64,000 nucleotides of DNA. Origin: Limisphaerales bacterium. GTDB lineage: Bacteria; Patescibacteriota; Microgenomatia; UBA1400; PJMF01. This document shows, in pieces, positions 35,790-45,810 of the stretch; positions within the stretch are counted from its first letter, which is position 1, and every line of letters starts with the position of its first letter. The DNA lies in assembly GCA_044350895.1 (NCBI GenBank), contig JBILGT010000003.1:10671-74670 (forward strand), read 5' to 3'. A program made the translations under genes and the position numbers. Below the pieces are notes generated by a model. The model saw only the letters and a list, made by a program, of their open reading frames with translations. It had not been told where the DNA came from and did not search any database.

Positions 35790-37211
35790 ATGAATGAAAC
35801 CATCGGTCTTTCAGAAAAAGATTTAGGACAAACAGCAGCAGCTGCCACTGAATCAGTGGCTCCACAGCGATCGCTTATTGATATTCCATTCGGTTCACAA
35901 CCTACTCCAGCACCATCAGGGGAGCGAGCCACAGGCGGTGAATTCGTGATGCCTCAAGGTGTCGTAACTGAAATGGAACAGTACGATATTGAGACAACTG
36001 GGAGTTTGCAGAATAAACTTTGGACAGCAAAGATTAGGTTGGGTTCAGCAGCCACTCCAGAAGCAAGAACTATAGAAGCTACCAGAATTAAAGCACTTGA
36101 AGCCGTTCTGAAAGTTCGTAATCAAGAAGTAGCAGTGGAACGACGACAGCGCAGAACAAAATTGTTGGTGAATGTTAGGGATTTCTTCAGAGCCAATCCC
36201 GCAAATTTCCAATATCCACTCTGGTCTGGTCCTGAAAAACGAGCCCAGATGGATGCATTAAAAGCTGATCTCGCGGCAGCTACAGACTGGATGGGAAACG
36301 CACGCAATCCACGCCACACTGAGGGTGAACAAACCGCTGCTGACCAAACTGTTTCAGATACCGAATCACCACAAGGATTTGTTGGAGAAGTAACAGAGGA
36401 GACGAATAGTGAACCAGCTGAATTAACTTCGCATGAAAGAATGAGACAGCAGAAAGCAAGTGCTGAAGCCAGATTGGCTGCTACAGCAGCAGAGTCTGCA
36501 GAAGCCCAAGAACGGGCAGCAGAGGCTCGGCAACAAGCAGCTCTAGCAGAACAACAGCGTGGTGAAGCAATCAGGGACATGAGAATTGCTGATCATACCG
36601 CAGAGATTACCGCACAACTGGTTGCAGATCATCCTGATTCGCTGACTGGTTCAAATGCTAAATTGGTCTATGAAACAGTAGCATCTGACCCGGGTACAGC
36701 TCACCTTGAAATGGGTATGCGCCTGCGAATTGTTGAAGGTGTACTAAATAACTTAGCCGATCGACGCGCTGAACGTCGTGCTGCTCCTCCACGAGCACAA
36801 GTTTTAGCGACAATTGAACGTGCGGTTGAGCGAGTTATACAGAACTATCAGGGTGATCAGAACGCACTGCCTCAATTGGTTGATGAACAGGTCGAGCGTG
36901 CGACAGCATTTATGAGTGAAGACGTACGAATAGAAGATTCGCAATATGAGCAAAAACTTGCTGCATACAATGCGCAAGATACTCAAAATCGTGGTGAAGC
37001 TCCAGAGAAGTACATGACGATACCTGGATATAACTTTACTCAAGATGAAGTGGCTGCTGTTCACGTAAAGGTAACTGAGCAGATTGCCAAGAGACAGCTT
37101 CCCACTGCACCAGAAACTGCATCTGCACCAGCGGAAGTTGTGGCAACTGCTACTCCAGCTGAAGCTCCACAAAAAAAACGGAGCCTCTGGAATCGTTTAA
37201 CAGGCAGATAA
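35790..37211 (+). CDS. Hypothetical protein (Ala/Glu/Gln-rich, predicted cytoplasmic)
   Basis: 473 aa with no TM or signal peptide and no recognised motif. Confidence 0.6.
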   Translation: MNETIGLSEKDLGQTAAAATESVAPQRSLIDIPFGSQPTPAPSGERATGGEFVMPQGVVTEMEQYDIETTGSLQNKLWTAKIRLGSAATPEARTIEATRIKALEAVLKVRNQEVAVERRQRRTKLLVNVRDFFRANPANFQYPLWSGPEKRAQMDALKADLAAATDWMGNARNPRHTEGEQTAADQTVSDTESPQGFVGEVTEETNSEPAELTSHERMRQQKASAEARLAATAAESAEAQERAAEARQQAALAEQQRGEAIRDMRIADHTAEITAQLVADHPDSLTGSNAKLVYETVASDPGTAHLEMGMRLRIVEGVLNNLADRRAERRAAPPRAQVLATIERAVERVIQNYQGDQNALPQLVDEQVERATAFMSEDVRIEDSQYEQKLAAYNAQDTQNRGEAPEKYMTIPGYNFTQDEVAAVHVKVTEQIAKRQLPTAPETASAPAEVVATATPAEAPQKKRSLWNRLTGR

Positions 37212-37274
37212 ACTTCATACTTTTTCATCAACACCATCTTGTTTTTTTTATAAAAAATTTCATACTGCTGATAT

Positions 37275-37889
37275 ATGGTGATATCCAAAGAGCCAATGTA
37301 CGGTCGTAGACACTATGCAAATTCAGCGCCTGCCACGTCTGAGGTAAACTTAGCGACGGAAGAGTATCCGTTTGAATTGAATCAAGAACAAGTGACTGAA
37401 TTAGTAGATGATGTGATTCGAGCAGTTACAGCCAAAATACACAACACAGTTGACGGGAGTCTCCCACCACAGCTAAATTTTGTGTGTGGTCCAGACATTA
37501 AAATTACCTATCAACGAGATAAAACTATGCCTGGTGCTGTGGCATACACAATATACGAGTCAAATCTCAATCAAGTTGGGGAAGCTCCTGAAGCACTCGT
37601 TGTCATTACAAACCATAATGATAAAAGCAACGCACACTTCCAAGTTGAGTCTAGTTCAGGAACATATTACGTCCACTTTTGGACAACTGATACCAAACAA
37701 CTGCAAAAGATAAGTAATGCTGTACAAGCATTTATGTTTGATTCTGTCTCAGGATTGCGTGAAACGCTACAAGGTTTTGGAACAGTAAGCCAGAATACTC
37801 AGGAACTGAGAGAAGAGGAAACGGGAATTCGCGTTTTTGCACAGAATATCTTGAAAAAACTATCGAGTGTATTTAGAGGGAAAAAATAG
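37275..37889 (+). CDS. Hypothetical protein
   Basis: 204 aa, no recognised motif. Confidence 0.5.
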   Translation: MVISKEPMYGRRHYANSAPATSEVNLATEEYPFELNQEQVTELVDDVIRAVTAKIHNTVDGSLPPQLNFVCGPDIKITYQRDKTMPGAVAYTIYESNLNQVGEAPEALVVITNHNDKSNAHFQVESSSGTYYVHFWTTDTKQLQKISNAVQAFMFDSVSGLRETLQGFGTVSQNTQELREEETGIRVFAQNILKKLSSVFRGKK

Positions 37890-39443
37890 TTACTTTCCTT
37901 CACCGCGCGCAAACACACCTTCAATTTCACGCTCAGCACCACCTAGTTCACTAGCAAGTACCGGGGAAAGGCGAAGCTCTTTGACGTATATGTGACCATC
38001 TTCACCCTGAGTTAGTCCGCCAAAGTGCATAAATGAAGAAAAATACATGCCAATTACACTTTTTACTGTATGGATCAGCTCTTTTGGCTTAATCCGATCA
38101 ATCAAAAATGTGGCGTAGGCAGGTACTAATGGTTCTGGAATTTCTGTGATTCGTTTTAAAAATATAACAAATTCTTCAAATTTTTCCTGCATTTCCAATT
38201 CAACTTGTTTGGGAGATTTGCCTTCAACACTCGGAATAAATCTTTTTTGAATATACTCCATCTGTTTGAGCAACTTCGCGATTTCAGCTCGACTTGCATC
38301 ATCAGTAGATAGAGCGTACGCATCCTGGAGCGCTAAATAGGTAGGTTGGAGTTCTTGAGAAAAGTGAAGCAGGGACTCAGTGTGTTTTTGAGATAAGCTA
38401 AAGCGATCCCTAAATAGCTTAACTGTTTCATCATGCATAAAATCTTGAAGATGTTCATTTCCAGTGTGCGAAAGTCTTGTCATATATGCTGCACTAATTT
38501 CTTGTGTAGCAGCTTCCAAATCTTCATAGAGTGGGATAAGGAGTCTGAATGCTTCCTCAACGGAAATCGGTTTTGGAAACTCTATGATGATCTCCTCAGT
38601 TGTGGAGAGATTTTTTAACTCTCTGTTTGCTTCATGCGTCCGTACTTGTTTAATTCGTACGCTTTTATAGCCAATTTTGGTCAAGCTTGCATGTATCAAC
38701 GAGCGAATAGCAGATCCGCATCGTTCCATTAAAATGGTATTTAGCGGTGAAAGTTGTTTAACAAGCTCATATCCTGTTACTTCCACATCTTTTTTCATCT
38801 CAGTAATTTCATCAATATCGAAGTATGCGACGTTAACGTGTAAGTCTGCAGCACTTTGTGTTCCTCGGCCATTACCTCTGTGTAATCGCTTTATAAGCGC
38901 TGTGTATCCAGATAAGTAATAAATTCTCAGACGACTTAAAAGTAACTCAGCAACTGCAAGATTTTTTCCTTCTGCAATAATCTGAACAGCAGTTTCAACA
39001 CCTTGAGCTAATACTTCTGCAGCAGCTTCAGGAGTCAGACGATCGAGCATTTCGCCCCAACGTACTGGGTTATCGTTAAATAAATCAAACAACCAAATAA
39101 TGCAGTGGGCGTTCATTGTGTGGCCATTAGCTTCAATTTTATGGGTAGTATGTGTTGAAGCGGCATCAGTAAGCACAGCTTGACACGAAACATTCTCATC
39201 AAGAAAAATTGTTTTCTTACCGATTTGATCTGAAAAAGTATTGCCCTCAGTGAAAATTTGGTTGAGAAATTCAACCCGTCCTTTAACATCAAACCTAGGT
39301 CTTCCTCCCTCCATAACAAGTTTTGGTGCCTCAGGGTTAACCTGGCCTTCTGTCATGAAAGAACCATAGTTCTTTTCAAGAACTTCTGGCAGTTGGAAAT
39401 GGGTAGATGCGCGGTATGCGGCATTTTCGGCAAGGTTAGGCAT
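37890..39443 (-). CDS. Hypothetical protein
   Basis: 517 aa with no TM or signal peptide and no recognised motif. It is convergent with the two preceding unknown genes; its stop abuts the stop of 37275..37889. Confidence 0.6.
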   Translation of the reverse strand: MPNLAENAAYRASTHFQLPEVLEKNYGSFMTEGQVNPEAPKLVMEGGRPRFDVKGRVEFLNQIFTEGNTFSDQIGKKTIFLDENVSCQAVLTDAASTHTTHKIEANGHTMNAHCIIWLFDLFNDNPVRWGEMLDRLTPEAAAEVLAQGVETAVQIIAEGKNLAVAELLLSRLRIYYLSGYTALIKRLHRGNGRGTQSAADLHVNVAYFDIDEITEMKKDVEVTGYELVKQLSPLNTILMERCGSAIRSLIHASLTKIGYKSVRIKQVRTHEANRELKNLSTTEEIIIEFPKPISVEEAFRLLIPLYEDLEAATQEISAAYMTRLSHTGNEHLQDFMHDETVKLFRDRFSLSQKHTESLLHFSQELQPTYLALQDAYALSTDDASRAEIAKLLKQMEYIQKRFIPSVEGKSPKQVELEMQEKFEEFVIFLKRITEIPEPLVPAYATFLIDRIKPKELIHTVKSVIGMYFSSFMHFGGLTQGEDGHIYVKELRLSPVLASELGGAEREIEGVFARGEGK

Positions 39444-39500
39444 ACTGAATATATAGGAAATTATCCTATAGTAGTATTATACACCTTGTCGTATCAAATA

Positions 39501-40115
39501 TTACTTGAGAGAAATAACACTCCAGTTCATCGGGACGCCTGGTCCTTCAGAACGATATGAGTAGAAGCAGTTTGTATCATGGACAGTACACTGGGGAGAA
39601 ACGGTGATGAGCAGGTCATCCTGAGGAAAGATCGATTCTGCTTGCAAACGATTCTCGCGTTGCAAGTCATAATTAAGAGTTTTTGCTTCATTAGTAGTGT
39701 GGCAACTGGTACAAATTGCCGGTCCAAACCAGACATATAGTGGTCCACTGAGTGTAAAGTGTGTTCGCAGGTGTTTCAGAACTTTTTTTGTAATCTGCTG
39801 CTGCGTGCTGCGTCTTCCTGCATGAATAGCTGCAATCACTCCACGAGGGTGATAGATCAAAATGGGTAAGCAGTCGGCATGTTTAACAGCAAGGGTGAGG
39901 TCGGGGACAGTGGTAATGAGTGCGTCTACATCAGGGTGATGGGTAGTTTGGTTATCAGAAACAATAGCAAAATTGGATTGGTGTACTTGTTCCATGGTTA
40001 CAAAAAATGTGTTTTCCAGATCTGGAAGAGTTTTGAGAGTATCAAAACTCTCATCACGTGTGGTGCTAAACGAGTGAACGCTAGTATGTGGTATACAGTG
40101 TGTAAGCATGGGCAA
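39501..40115 (-). CDS. pgeF: YfiH/PgeF-family protein (laccase-domain purine nucleoside phosphorylase / peptidoglycan editing factor)
   Basis: 204 aa. QVHQSN...DALITTVPDLTLAVKHADCLPILIY...AAIHAGRRS, FGPAICTSCH and C-terminal FYSYRSEGPG match DUF152/YfiH conserved blocks. Confidence 0.75.
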   Translation of the reverse strand: MPMLTHCIPHTSVHSFSTTRDESFDTLKTLPDLENTFFVTMEQVHQSNFAIVSDNQTTHHPDVDALITTVPDLTLAVKHADCLPILIYHPRGVIAAIHAGRRSTQQQITKKVLKHLRTHFTLSGPLYVWFGPAICTSCHTTNEAKTLNYDLQRENRLQAESIFPQDDLLITVSPQCTVHDTNCFYSYRSEGPGVPMNWSVISLK

Positions 40116-40124
40116 TAAAAAGAG

Positions 40125-40198
40125 TAGCAGGACTGAGATTCGAACTCAGGACCTTCGGTTTATGAATCCGATGCTCTAACCAACTGAGCTATCCTGCC
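40125..40198 (-). tRNA. tRNA-Met (anticodon CAT; elongator-type; tRNA-Ile2/lysidine cannot be excluded)
   Basis: Minus-strand sequence GGCAGGATAGCTCAGTTGGTTAGAGCATCGGATTCATAAACCGAAGGTCCTGAGTTCGAATCTCAGTCCTGCTA. It folds into a standard cloverleaf with a TTCGAAT T-loop and anticodon loop TTCATAA. CCA is not encoded. Confidence 0.8.
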
Positions 40199-40253
40199 TT
40201 GATGTGCTTTCGGTACAGTATACCTGTGCAACGATGGCAAATTATATCAGGTT

Positions 40254-40283
40254 TTGACGGATTGGTTAAGGATGAGGTATAAT
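40254..40283 (+). promoter_or_regulatory. Sigma70-like promoter TTGACG-(17/18)-TATAAT for the initiator tRNA
   Basis: -35 at 40254-40259, -10 TATAAT at 40278-40283. The tRNA starts at 40338. Confidence 0.4.
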
Positions 40284-40337
40284 CAGAATTTCTCAAGACT
40301 TTATCTTGCAAGAGTAAAGCCACGAATTTGAGATTCG

Positions 40338-40406
40338 CGCGGGGTAGTGTACGGTGCACGTGAGGCTCATAATCTCACAGGCCGGGTTCGACTCCCGGCC
40401 CCGCAA
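40338..40406 (+). tRNA. Initiator-like tRNA-fMet (anticodon CAT), unusually compact (69 nt)
   Basis: CGCGGGGTAGTGTACGGTGCACGTGAGGCTCATAATCTCACAGGCCGGGTTCGACTCCCGGCCCCGCAA. The acceptor stem is identical to E. coli tRNA-fMet, including the C1xA72 mismatch. Anticodon loop CTCATAA; T-arm CCGGG-TTCGACT-CCCGG. It has a short D-arm and a 4-nt variable loop. The anticodon stem lacks the three consecutive G-C pairs. Confidence 0.6.
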
Positions 40407-40415
40407 CATTAAATA

Positions 40416-40970
40416 TTATTGTAATTTTTTGATTGCTGTTCTTGAGATTTTTAAGTGCCCTTGTAGTAATTTAGGCTTACCTTCTAAAAGTCGTTGTGTA
40501 TTTATCCATTTAGTACCTGAACTGTTTGGTTTAACTAAGAGAGTTGGTTTTTCTGGAAGTATACAGGCATAGCTATAGGTAGTCCAACCAGCTCTATTAG
40601 TGGAAAAATCTACAAATTGCAACATTCCAGCTGCCAATGTGACACCCAATTCTTCCAATACTTCTCGTTCTGCAGCTCGTAGTCCAGCAAAAATCATCTG
40701 CTCCAATGTTAAAATCAAATGAGGGTCTTGTTGCGAACCTTCATCAATAACACCAGTGAAATCACCATTGTCTATTTCTATTTTTCCTCCAGGTAAGGCA
40801 GCTACATATTTATTAATATTTGACCAGCCAGGACGTATAGTAAAAACTACCTCTTGAGTATATTCTTGACCAGTTTTAGGGTTAATGTCTGGAGCAATTA
40901 TAACTGCTCGAGCAATTTGAGTTTTGAGTTCTGCTGAAGTGATTGATTCTTTTGAACGCGACATAGACAT
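40416..40970 (-). CDS. NUDIX hydrolase
   Basis: 184 aa. Nudix box GLRAAEREVLEELGV (Gx5Ex7REuxEExGu). Confidence 0.75.
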   Translation of the reverse strand: MSMSRSKESITSAELKTQIARAVIIAPDINPKTGQEYTQEVVFTIRPGWSNINKYVAALPGGKIEIDNGDFTGVIDEGSQQDPHLILTLEQMIFAGLRAAEREVLEELGVTLAAGMLQFVDFSTNRAGWTTYSYACILPEKPTLLVKPNSSGTKWINTQRLLEGKPKLLQGHLKISRTAIKKLQ

Positions 40971-41030
40971 GAATATAAAGTTGAAAAAACTAATGTCAAT
41001 ATTCTAAAACAACCAAGATATAATCAGGCC

Positions 41031-41492
41031 ATGTCGAGTGATGAATTATTCATGACTGAAGCCATTAAAGAAGCAGAAAGTGCTGTGCAAAGTGGTGACT
41101 TTCCAATTGGTTGTGTTTTGGTTATAAATGGTAAAGTAGTTGCTAGATCACATAATACAGGCTATTCAGACAAAAATAGGTTGGCTCATGCAGAACTAAA
41201 AGTTCTGATGGAATCAAGAGAACTATTAGAACAGCATAAGGGAGAAGCAACTCTATACTCCACATATGAGCCATGCCCTATGTGTTTTGGCGCGCTTATT
41301 CTGATGAAGATCAGTCGAGTTGTTTGTGGAATAGATATTGATCACAGTGGCTGCTTAGACATGAAAGCTCATTTACCTGCTTTTTGGAAGCAATCGAAAT
41401 TTAATTTTCAAATTAAGAGGGGTGTTTTGGAAGAAGAATGCAAAGAAGTTTTCAAAAAAGGGAAAATGGCAAGTGAATATAATTTTGAGTGA
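41031..41492 (+). CDS. CMP/dCMP-type zinc deaminase, tRNA adenosine deaminase TadA-like
   Basis: 153 aa. HAE...PCPMC zinc-binding signature (HAELKVL, YEPCPMCFGAL). Confidence 0.75.
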   Translation: MSSDELFMTEAIKEAESAVQSGDFPIGCVLVINGKVVARSHNTGYSDKNRLAHAELKVLMESRELLEQHKGEATLYSTYEPCPMCFGALILMKISRVVCGIDIDHSGCLDMKAHLPAFWKQSKFNFQIKRGVLEEECKEVFKKGKMASEYNFE

Positions 41493-42770
41493 GTGTATAA
41501 CTACTTACCTATGTCCGACCGTTCCATTGATTTGCATAACGATGTGATTGAGCAGTTGCTTGCTTCACCCACCAAAACCTATTTACCACACACAACAACT
41601 GAAAAGTTTGATCTTTCGCAGGATCAAGCAGAAGTTTTTGCAGCCTGTATCGACTGGTTGAACAATCCCACAGGCACTCATTTAAGCATCGGTGGGTACG
41701 CAGGAACGGGTAAAACAACACTTATTGGGGTACTTCGTAAGTATATTGCCAAACATGACCCAAAGAAGCGAATTGCCTTTGCTAGTTTCACCGGGCGCGC
41801 TAGCCAAAACTTAGGCAATAAACTCCTAGAGCAGAACGCTTTTTTTGAAGGAAAAGATACAAACGGTACGATTCACAAGCTTATTTATAACGCGCTTTTG
41901 GATAATGAAGGGCGGATTGTCACTTGGCAGCGCAATGAAAAACTCGAATATGACTTGATTATCGTTGATGAAGCCTCAATGATTACCGAAGATATTTGGG
42001 ATGATTTATGCCGCTACAAAATGCCAATTCTGGCATTTGGGGATCATGGACAGCTGCCGCCAATTGGGAGTAGTTTCAATCTCATGGAAAAACCTGATCT
42101 CCGCCTAGAAAAAATTCACCGTCAGGCAGATGGCAATCCGATTATTCATTTGGCTACGCTCGCGCGAACTGGTGCAGAAATTCCTTTCGAAAACTTTAGC
42201 AGCAAAATTCGCAAAATTTCTCGACAATCTGAAGAAGCAGGAGAGCTCATGGAGCGATTTTTTACGCAGTTCACCAGCGACACCCTGATTTTGTGTGGTA
42301 GTAATAAAACTCGTGTCAATCTTAATCAACAAGTTCGTCATGCCATGGGTTCTGAACAACTCTTGCCACATGTTGGTGACCGAGTGGTGTGTCTTAAAAA
42401 TAACTACGAAAACAAGGACGGCCATATTTATAACGGTATGATTGGCACAATCACTGAGCTCACAGCAGAGGATGAACATTGGTATAAAGCCACTGTAGAT
42501 TTTCCAGATGATGGCAAAGTCTATCGAGGGCGAATCAGTAAACATCAATTTAATAGCCTAAAAGCAGTTGAAAATATACCAGGTTTGCACTTTAGTAAAA
42601 TTGGAGATCGTTTTGATTTTGGTTATGCTTTGACAGTGCACAAAGCACAAGGCTCTCAAGCTAAACGAGCATTAGTATTTGATGAATCATATTTATTCCG
42701 TGAGCATGCCCACCGCTGGTTGTATACCGCTATCACTCGTGCAGAAGAAGAGTTGTATATTCTGCGCTAG
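41493..42770 (+). CDS. SF1 RecD-like/PIF1-like ATP-dependent DNA helicase
   Basis: 425 aa. Walker A GYAGTGKTT, Walker B IIVDEASM, and the GDHGQLPPI, LTVHKAQGSQ and TAITRA motifs. Confidence 0.8.
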   Translation: MYNYLPMSDRSIDLHNDVIEQLLASPTKTYLPHTTTEKFDLSQDQAEVFAACIDWLNNPTGTHLSIGGYAGTGKTTLIGVLRKYIAKHDPKKRIAFASFTGRASQNLGNKLLEQNAFFEGKDTNGTIHKLIYNALLDNEGRIVTWQRNEKLEYDLIIVDEASMITEDIWDDLCRYKMPILAFGDHGQLPPIGSSFNLMEKPDLRLEKIHRQADGNPIIHLATLARTGAEIPFENFSSKIRKISRQSEEAGELMERFFTQFTSDTLILCGSNKTRVNLNQQVRHAMGSEQLLPHVGDRVVCLKNNYENKDGHIYNGMIGTITELTAEDEHWYKATVDFPDDGKVYRGRISKHQFNSLKAVENIPGLHFSKIGDRFDFGYALTVHKAQGSQAKRALVFDESYLFREHAHRWLYTAITRAEEELYILR

Positions 42771-43417
42771 TTAAAAACTGATTCACTAATCCAGTACGAG
42801 TGTCGCATCTGCGCTGTTTCTGGCTCAGTATAACTATAAAATCCATTGGTTCGCATCATTTCTGAGCCTGGTTTGGCAAAAACCAGATGGTACGTTCCAT
42901 TAGTTTCTTGGTAAAAGAGTGTCGTTTCATTCTTTAAAATTACCCTATCACTAGGATTGAGGCGTACTGCCAGATACTGTTGCCAATCATGTTCACTAAC
43001 AATGCTTTCTTGACTGACCATGTTGGCAGAGTAGTAGTAGAGAATTGGAGTTTTGAATGTACAGCGCGGTGCATTTTTTAAAATGAGGCCAGCTGCTAGA
43101 TCAGCCGTTTGTGCGGGGTACGTAAAACTTCCTGGAGCATAAAACTCTCTAAATTGCCAGAATCCCCGTGCATCAATCGCGTTTTCAGTTTTGAGTTTTG
43201 TTATGAATGCAGCAAGTTGTTGTTGACGTATTTGTGGTTGGATGCGCACAGCAATTTTAGGAACAAGTGAAAAAAGAGTGATCACTGGAATAGCGAGAAG
43301 TAGAAAGTAGTAGGGAACTGCAGCAAACTTTTTATTGTATAACTTTTGGAACACCACTAGTATCATAAGTACAACTATACTGCAAATATCTAAGGATATA
43401 CATTTGAAAAAAGACAT
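42767..43417 (-). CDS. Hypothetical membrane-anchored protein (start probably internal, ~43366)
   Basis: 216-aa ORF. Its annotated N-terminus overlaps the divergent gene at 43335. A TM helix sits near the N-terminus. No domain recognised. Confidence 0.45.
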   Translation of the reverse strand: MSFFKCISLDICSIVVLMILVVFQKLYNKKFAAVPYYFLLLAIPVITLFSLVPKIAVRIQPQIRQQQLAAFITKLKTENAIDARGFWQFREFYAPGSFTYPAQTADLAAGLILKNAPRCTFKTPILYYYSANMVSQESIVSEHDWQQYLAVRLNPSDRVILKNETTLFYQETNGTYHLVFAKPGSEMMRTNGFYSYTEPETAQMRHSYWISESVFN

Positions 43418-45071
43418 TTTCTACTGCGTGATACTTATACTTGCTGCAGCAGCCTTAGTTTCTGATTTTTTCATCAATAAGGGGCGGCTGTTAACCTTTG
43501 ATGGGGTTATTCATATTTCCACAATTGGTCAATTTAGCCAGGCGCTTGCAGATGGAGACCATTTGGTGCGGTGGAGTGACAAGTTTGCCAACTATGGATC
43601 GCCACTGCCAATTTTCGCACATCAAGTCACTTCGTATGGGGGTGCGCTTCTCACACTCCTCACCGGTAACGTCTTATTTTCCTATAACTTTTTGTACTTT
43701 TTGGGTGCAGCTCTCTCTGTCATTTTTTTCTACATTTTTCTGCGCCAGTATGTTGCGGGAGAAGCGGCATTTGTAGGTGCTTTTTTGTTTAATTTTGCTC
43801 CCTATAGAATGCTCAATATCTATGCTCGAGCAGCGTTGCCAGAATTTTTCTCGAGTATTTGGCTGCCCATTTCACTTCTAGCTGTGGTTGCTTTTTTTCA
43901 AAAAAAACAGTGGTGGGGTGCACCCTTATTTATACTTTCCATCACGTTTTTAGCTTTGACACATCCGATGATGTTGCTCGTTAACATGGTTATTATTGTG
44001 CCATTTTTTGCGTATACATGGTGGAAGCATACTCAAAAAAAAGTTTATTCATTAATCTTTTTTTCAATTTTTTTGGGAATAAGTTTTGTACTTTCAGCAT
44101 ACTATTTGGTGCCACTACTTATTGAAAGTAAATATATCTACCTAGGCCTGAACGATTCGTACTTTGTCGCTGAGAGCTTTCTCACATTCAAAAACTTCTT
44201 TACTCTCGAGTTGTGGCCATACTTTTATCAAAACCAAACTGGCATGCGTGGGCAGTTCTTCCAACTAGGTAGTATTGAAACTGTAATTATGCTGGCAGGC
44301 ATGGTCTATGCAGTCATGAGATTCTATAAAACCCGGACACTAGATCATATTCATCTCTGGATTGCTGTAGGCATTGTCAGTGTCTTGTTCACTACCAAAG
44401 TTGCGCATATTTTGTACACAAACATTTCATTCCTGGGAAATATGCAGTTTGCATGGAGGTTTTTATCAGCATTTATTTTTGTACCACCGGTACTAATGGC
44501 GCTTTTACTAGATAAAGTTCCACAGAAAAAATTGTTTGTACTCATTATTGTAAGCATGGTCTGTATGCTTCGCTTTCCTCAAATTTATGGCAAAAACTAC
44601 TTTTTGTATCCGCAATCAGAATTTTTCTTTACAAAGTACAACCTCCATAGTGCAAATATGAATTCGATTTGGACGGGAAGAACAGAAGAGTATCCAGTCA
44701 AAGAAACTAAGCCCGAGATTATTGAGGGAGAAGGGGTCATTACAGATGCTCAAGTGCATAACTCCTGGCGGAGCTACCAAATTTCGGCAAATACACCGCT
44801 GCGAATGGTGGACAACACCTTTTATTTTCCTGGTTGGACGGTAGAAATTGATGGAGTTTCAACACCAATTGAGTTTCAGGATCCAGTATTTAGAGGGATT
44901 ATTACTTACAAAATTCCTCAAGGAGACCATACAGTACGTGTATCTTTTAAAGATACAAAAGTAAGAATGCTCAGCACTCTCCTGAGTTTGATGGGGCTTT
45001 TTGGATTGGGCGTAATCACTTGTCTGCTTTACTATCCAAAATCTCGTAAAAAACTACTACAATACCTCTAA
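43335..45071 (+). CDS. Polytopic integral membrane protein, possibly GT-C-type/YfhO-like glycosyltransferase
   Basis: 578 aa with ~11 predicted TM helices in the first ~430 aa and a soluble C-terminal domain. It lies in a neighbourhood of GT and methyltransferase genes. The assignment is by architecture only. Confidence 0.5.
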   Translation: MYNFWNTTSIISTTILQISKDIHLKKDIFYCVILILAAAALVSDFFINKGRLLTFDGVIHISTIGQFSQALADGDHLVRWSDKFANYGSPLPIFAHQVTSYGGALLTLLTGNVLFSYNFLYFLGAALSVIFFYIFLRQYVAGEAAFVGAFLFNFAPYRMLNIYARAALPEFFSSIWLPISLLAVVAFFQKKQWWGAPLFILSITFLALTHPMMLLVNMVIIVPFFAYTWWKHTQKKVYSLIFFSIFLGISFVLSAYYLVPLLIESKYIYLGLNDSYFVAESFLTFKNFFTLELWPYFYQNQTGMRGQFFQLGSIETVIMLAGMVYAVMRFYKTRTLDHIHLWIAVGIVSVLFTTKVAHILYTNISFLGNMQFAWRFLSAFIFVPPVLMALLLDKVPQKKLFVLIIVSMVCMLRFPQIYGKNYFLYPQSEFFFTKYNLHSANMNSIWTGRTEEYPVKETKPEIIEGEGVITDAQVHNSWRSYQISANTPLRMVDNTFYFPGWTVEIDGVSTPIEFQDPVFRGIITYKIPQGDHTVRVSFKDTKVRMLSTLLSLMGLFGLGVITCLLYYPKSRKKLLQYL

Positions 45072-45072
45072 T

Positions 45073-45810
45073 ATGAGCACCACTCGTCTATTTGATAGTC
45101 CACAAGAAAAAGAATACTGGGATATTCATCAGTATCGCTTTGAGTTTTTGGAACAGCACATTCAATCGCTGCAACTTCCGCAAGGTGCATCAGTTCTGGA
45201 TGTGGGGTGCTATCCACCCATCCTTTTCAGCTTTCTCAAACAACAGGGATATACAACTTATGGGATTGCCTCAACCCACGAACAAATGGAGAGTGAAACA
45301 GTAAAAGTGCTCAATATTGAAAAAGAGAAGTTTCCTTGGAAAAATAGTAGTTTCAATCTGGTAGTCTTTACAGAAGTTATTGAACATTTACCGCACAACC
45401 CAGTTATTCCACTCAAGGAAATGTATCGAGTACTTGCACCAGGTGGCGTTTTGATGATTACTACCCCAAATGCAGTAAAACTGCATCACAGACTGAATCT
45501 TCTATCTGGTAAATCAACATCTTTCCCAGTAGAACAACTCATGACTGTACAACCTGATGATGGGTCGCTGTATCACCTCCATAACCGTGAATACACACTT
45601 GATGAACTGGTGGAATTATTGCGATTAGTTGGGTTTGAAATTGCTGCTCAGGAACATGTGTGTTTATACCCACCTACTCGAGAAAAAGTCAAACAAGAAA
45701 GTCCAATCTCGCAAGGCATAAAATGGGCTGGCTACCTAGCACAGCAAACAGTTGATTCTTTCAAAGACTCACTGTATATTTTGGCTCGTAAACCTGAGTT
45801 TTCAAAGTAA
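45073..45810 (+). CDS. Class I SAM-dependent methyltransferase
   Basis: 245 aa. VLDVGCYPPILFSFL (motif I variant), LVVFTEVIEHLP, MYRVLAPGGVLMITTPN. Confidence 0.75.
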   Translation: MSTTRLFDSPQEKEYWDIHQYRFEFLEQHIQSLQLPQGASVLDVGCYPPILFSFLKQQGYTTYGIASTHEQMESETVKVLNIEKEKFPWKNSSFNLVVFTEVIEHLPHNPVIPLKEMYRVLAPGGVLMITTPNAVKLHHRLNLLSGKSTSFPVEQLMTVQPDDGSLYHLHNREYTLDELVELLRLVGFEIAAQEHVCLYPPTREKVKQESPISQGIKWAGYLAQQTVDSFKDSLYILARKPEFSK

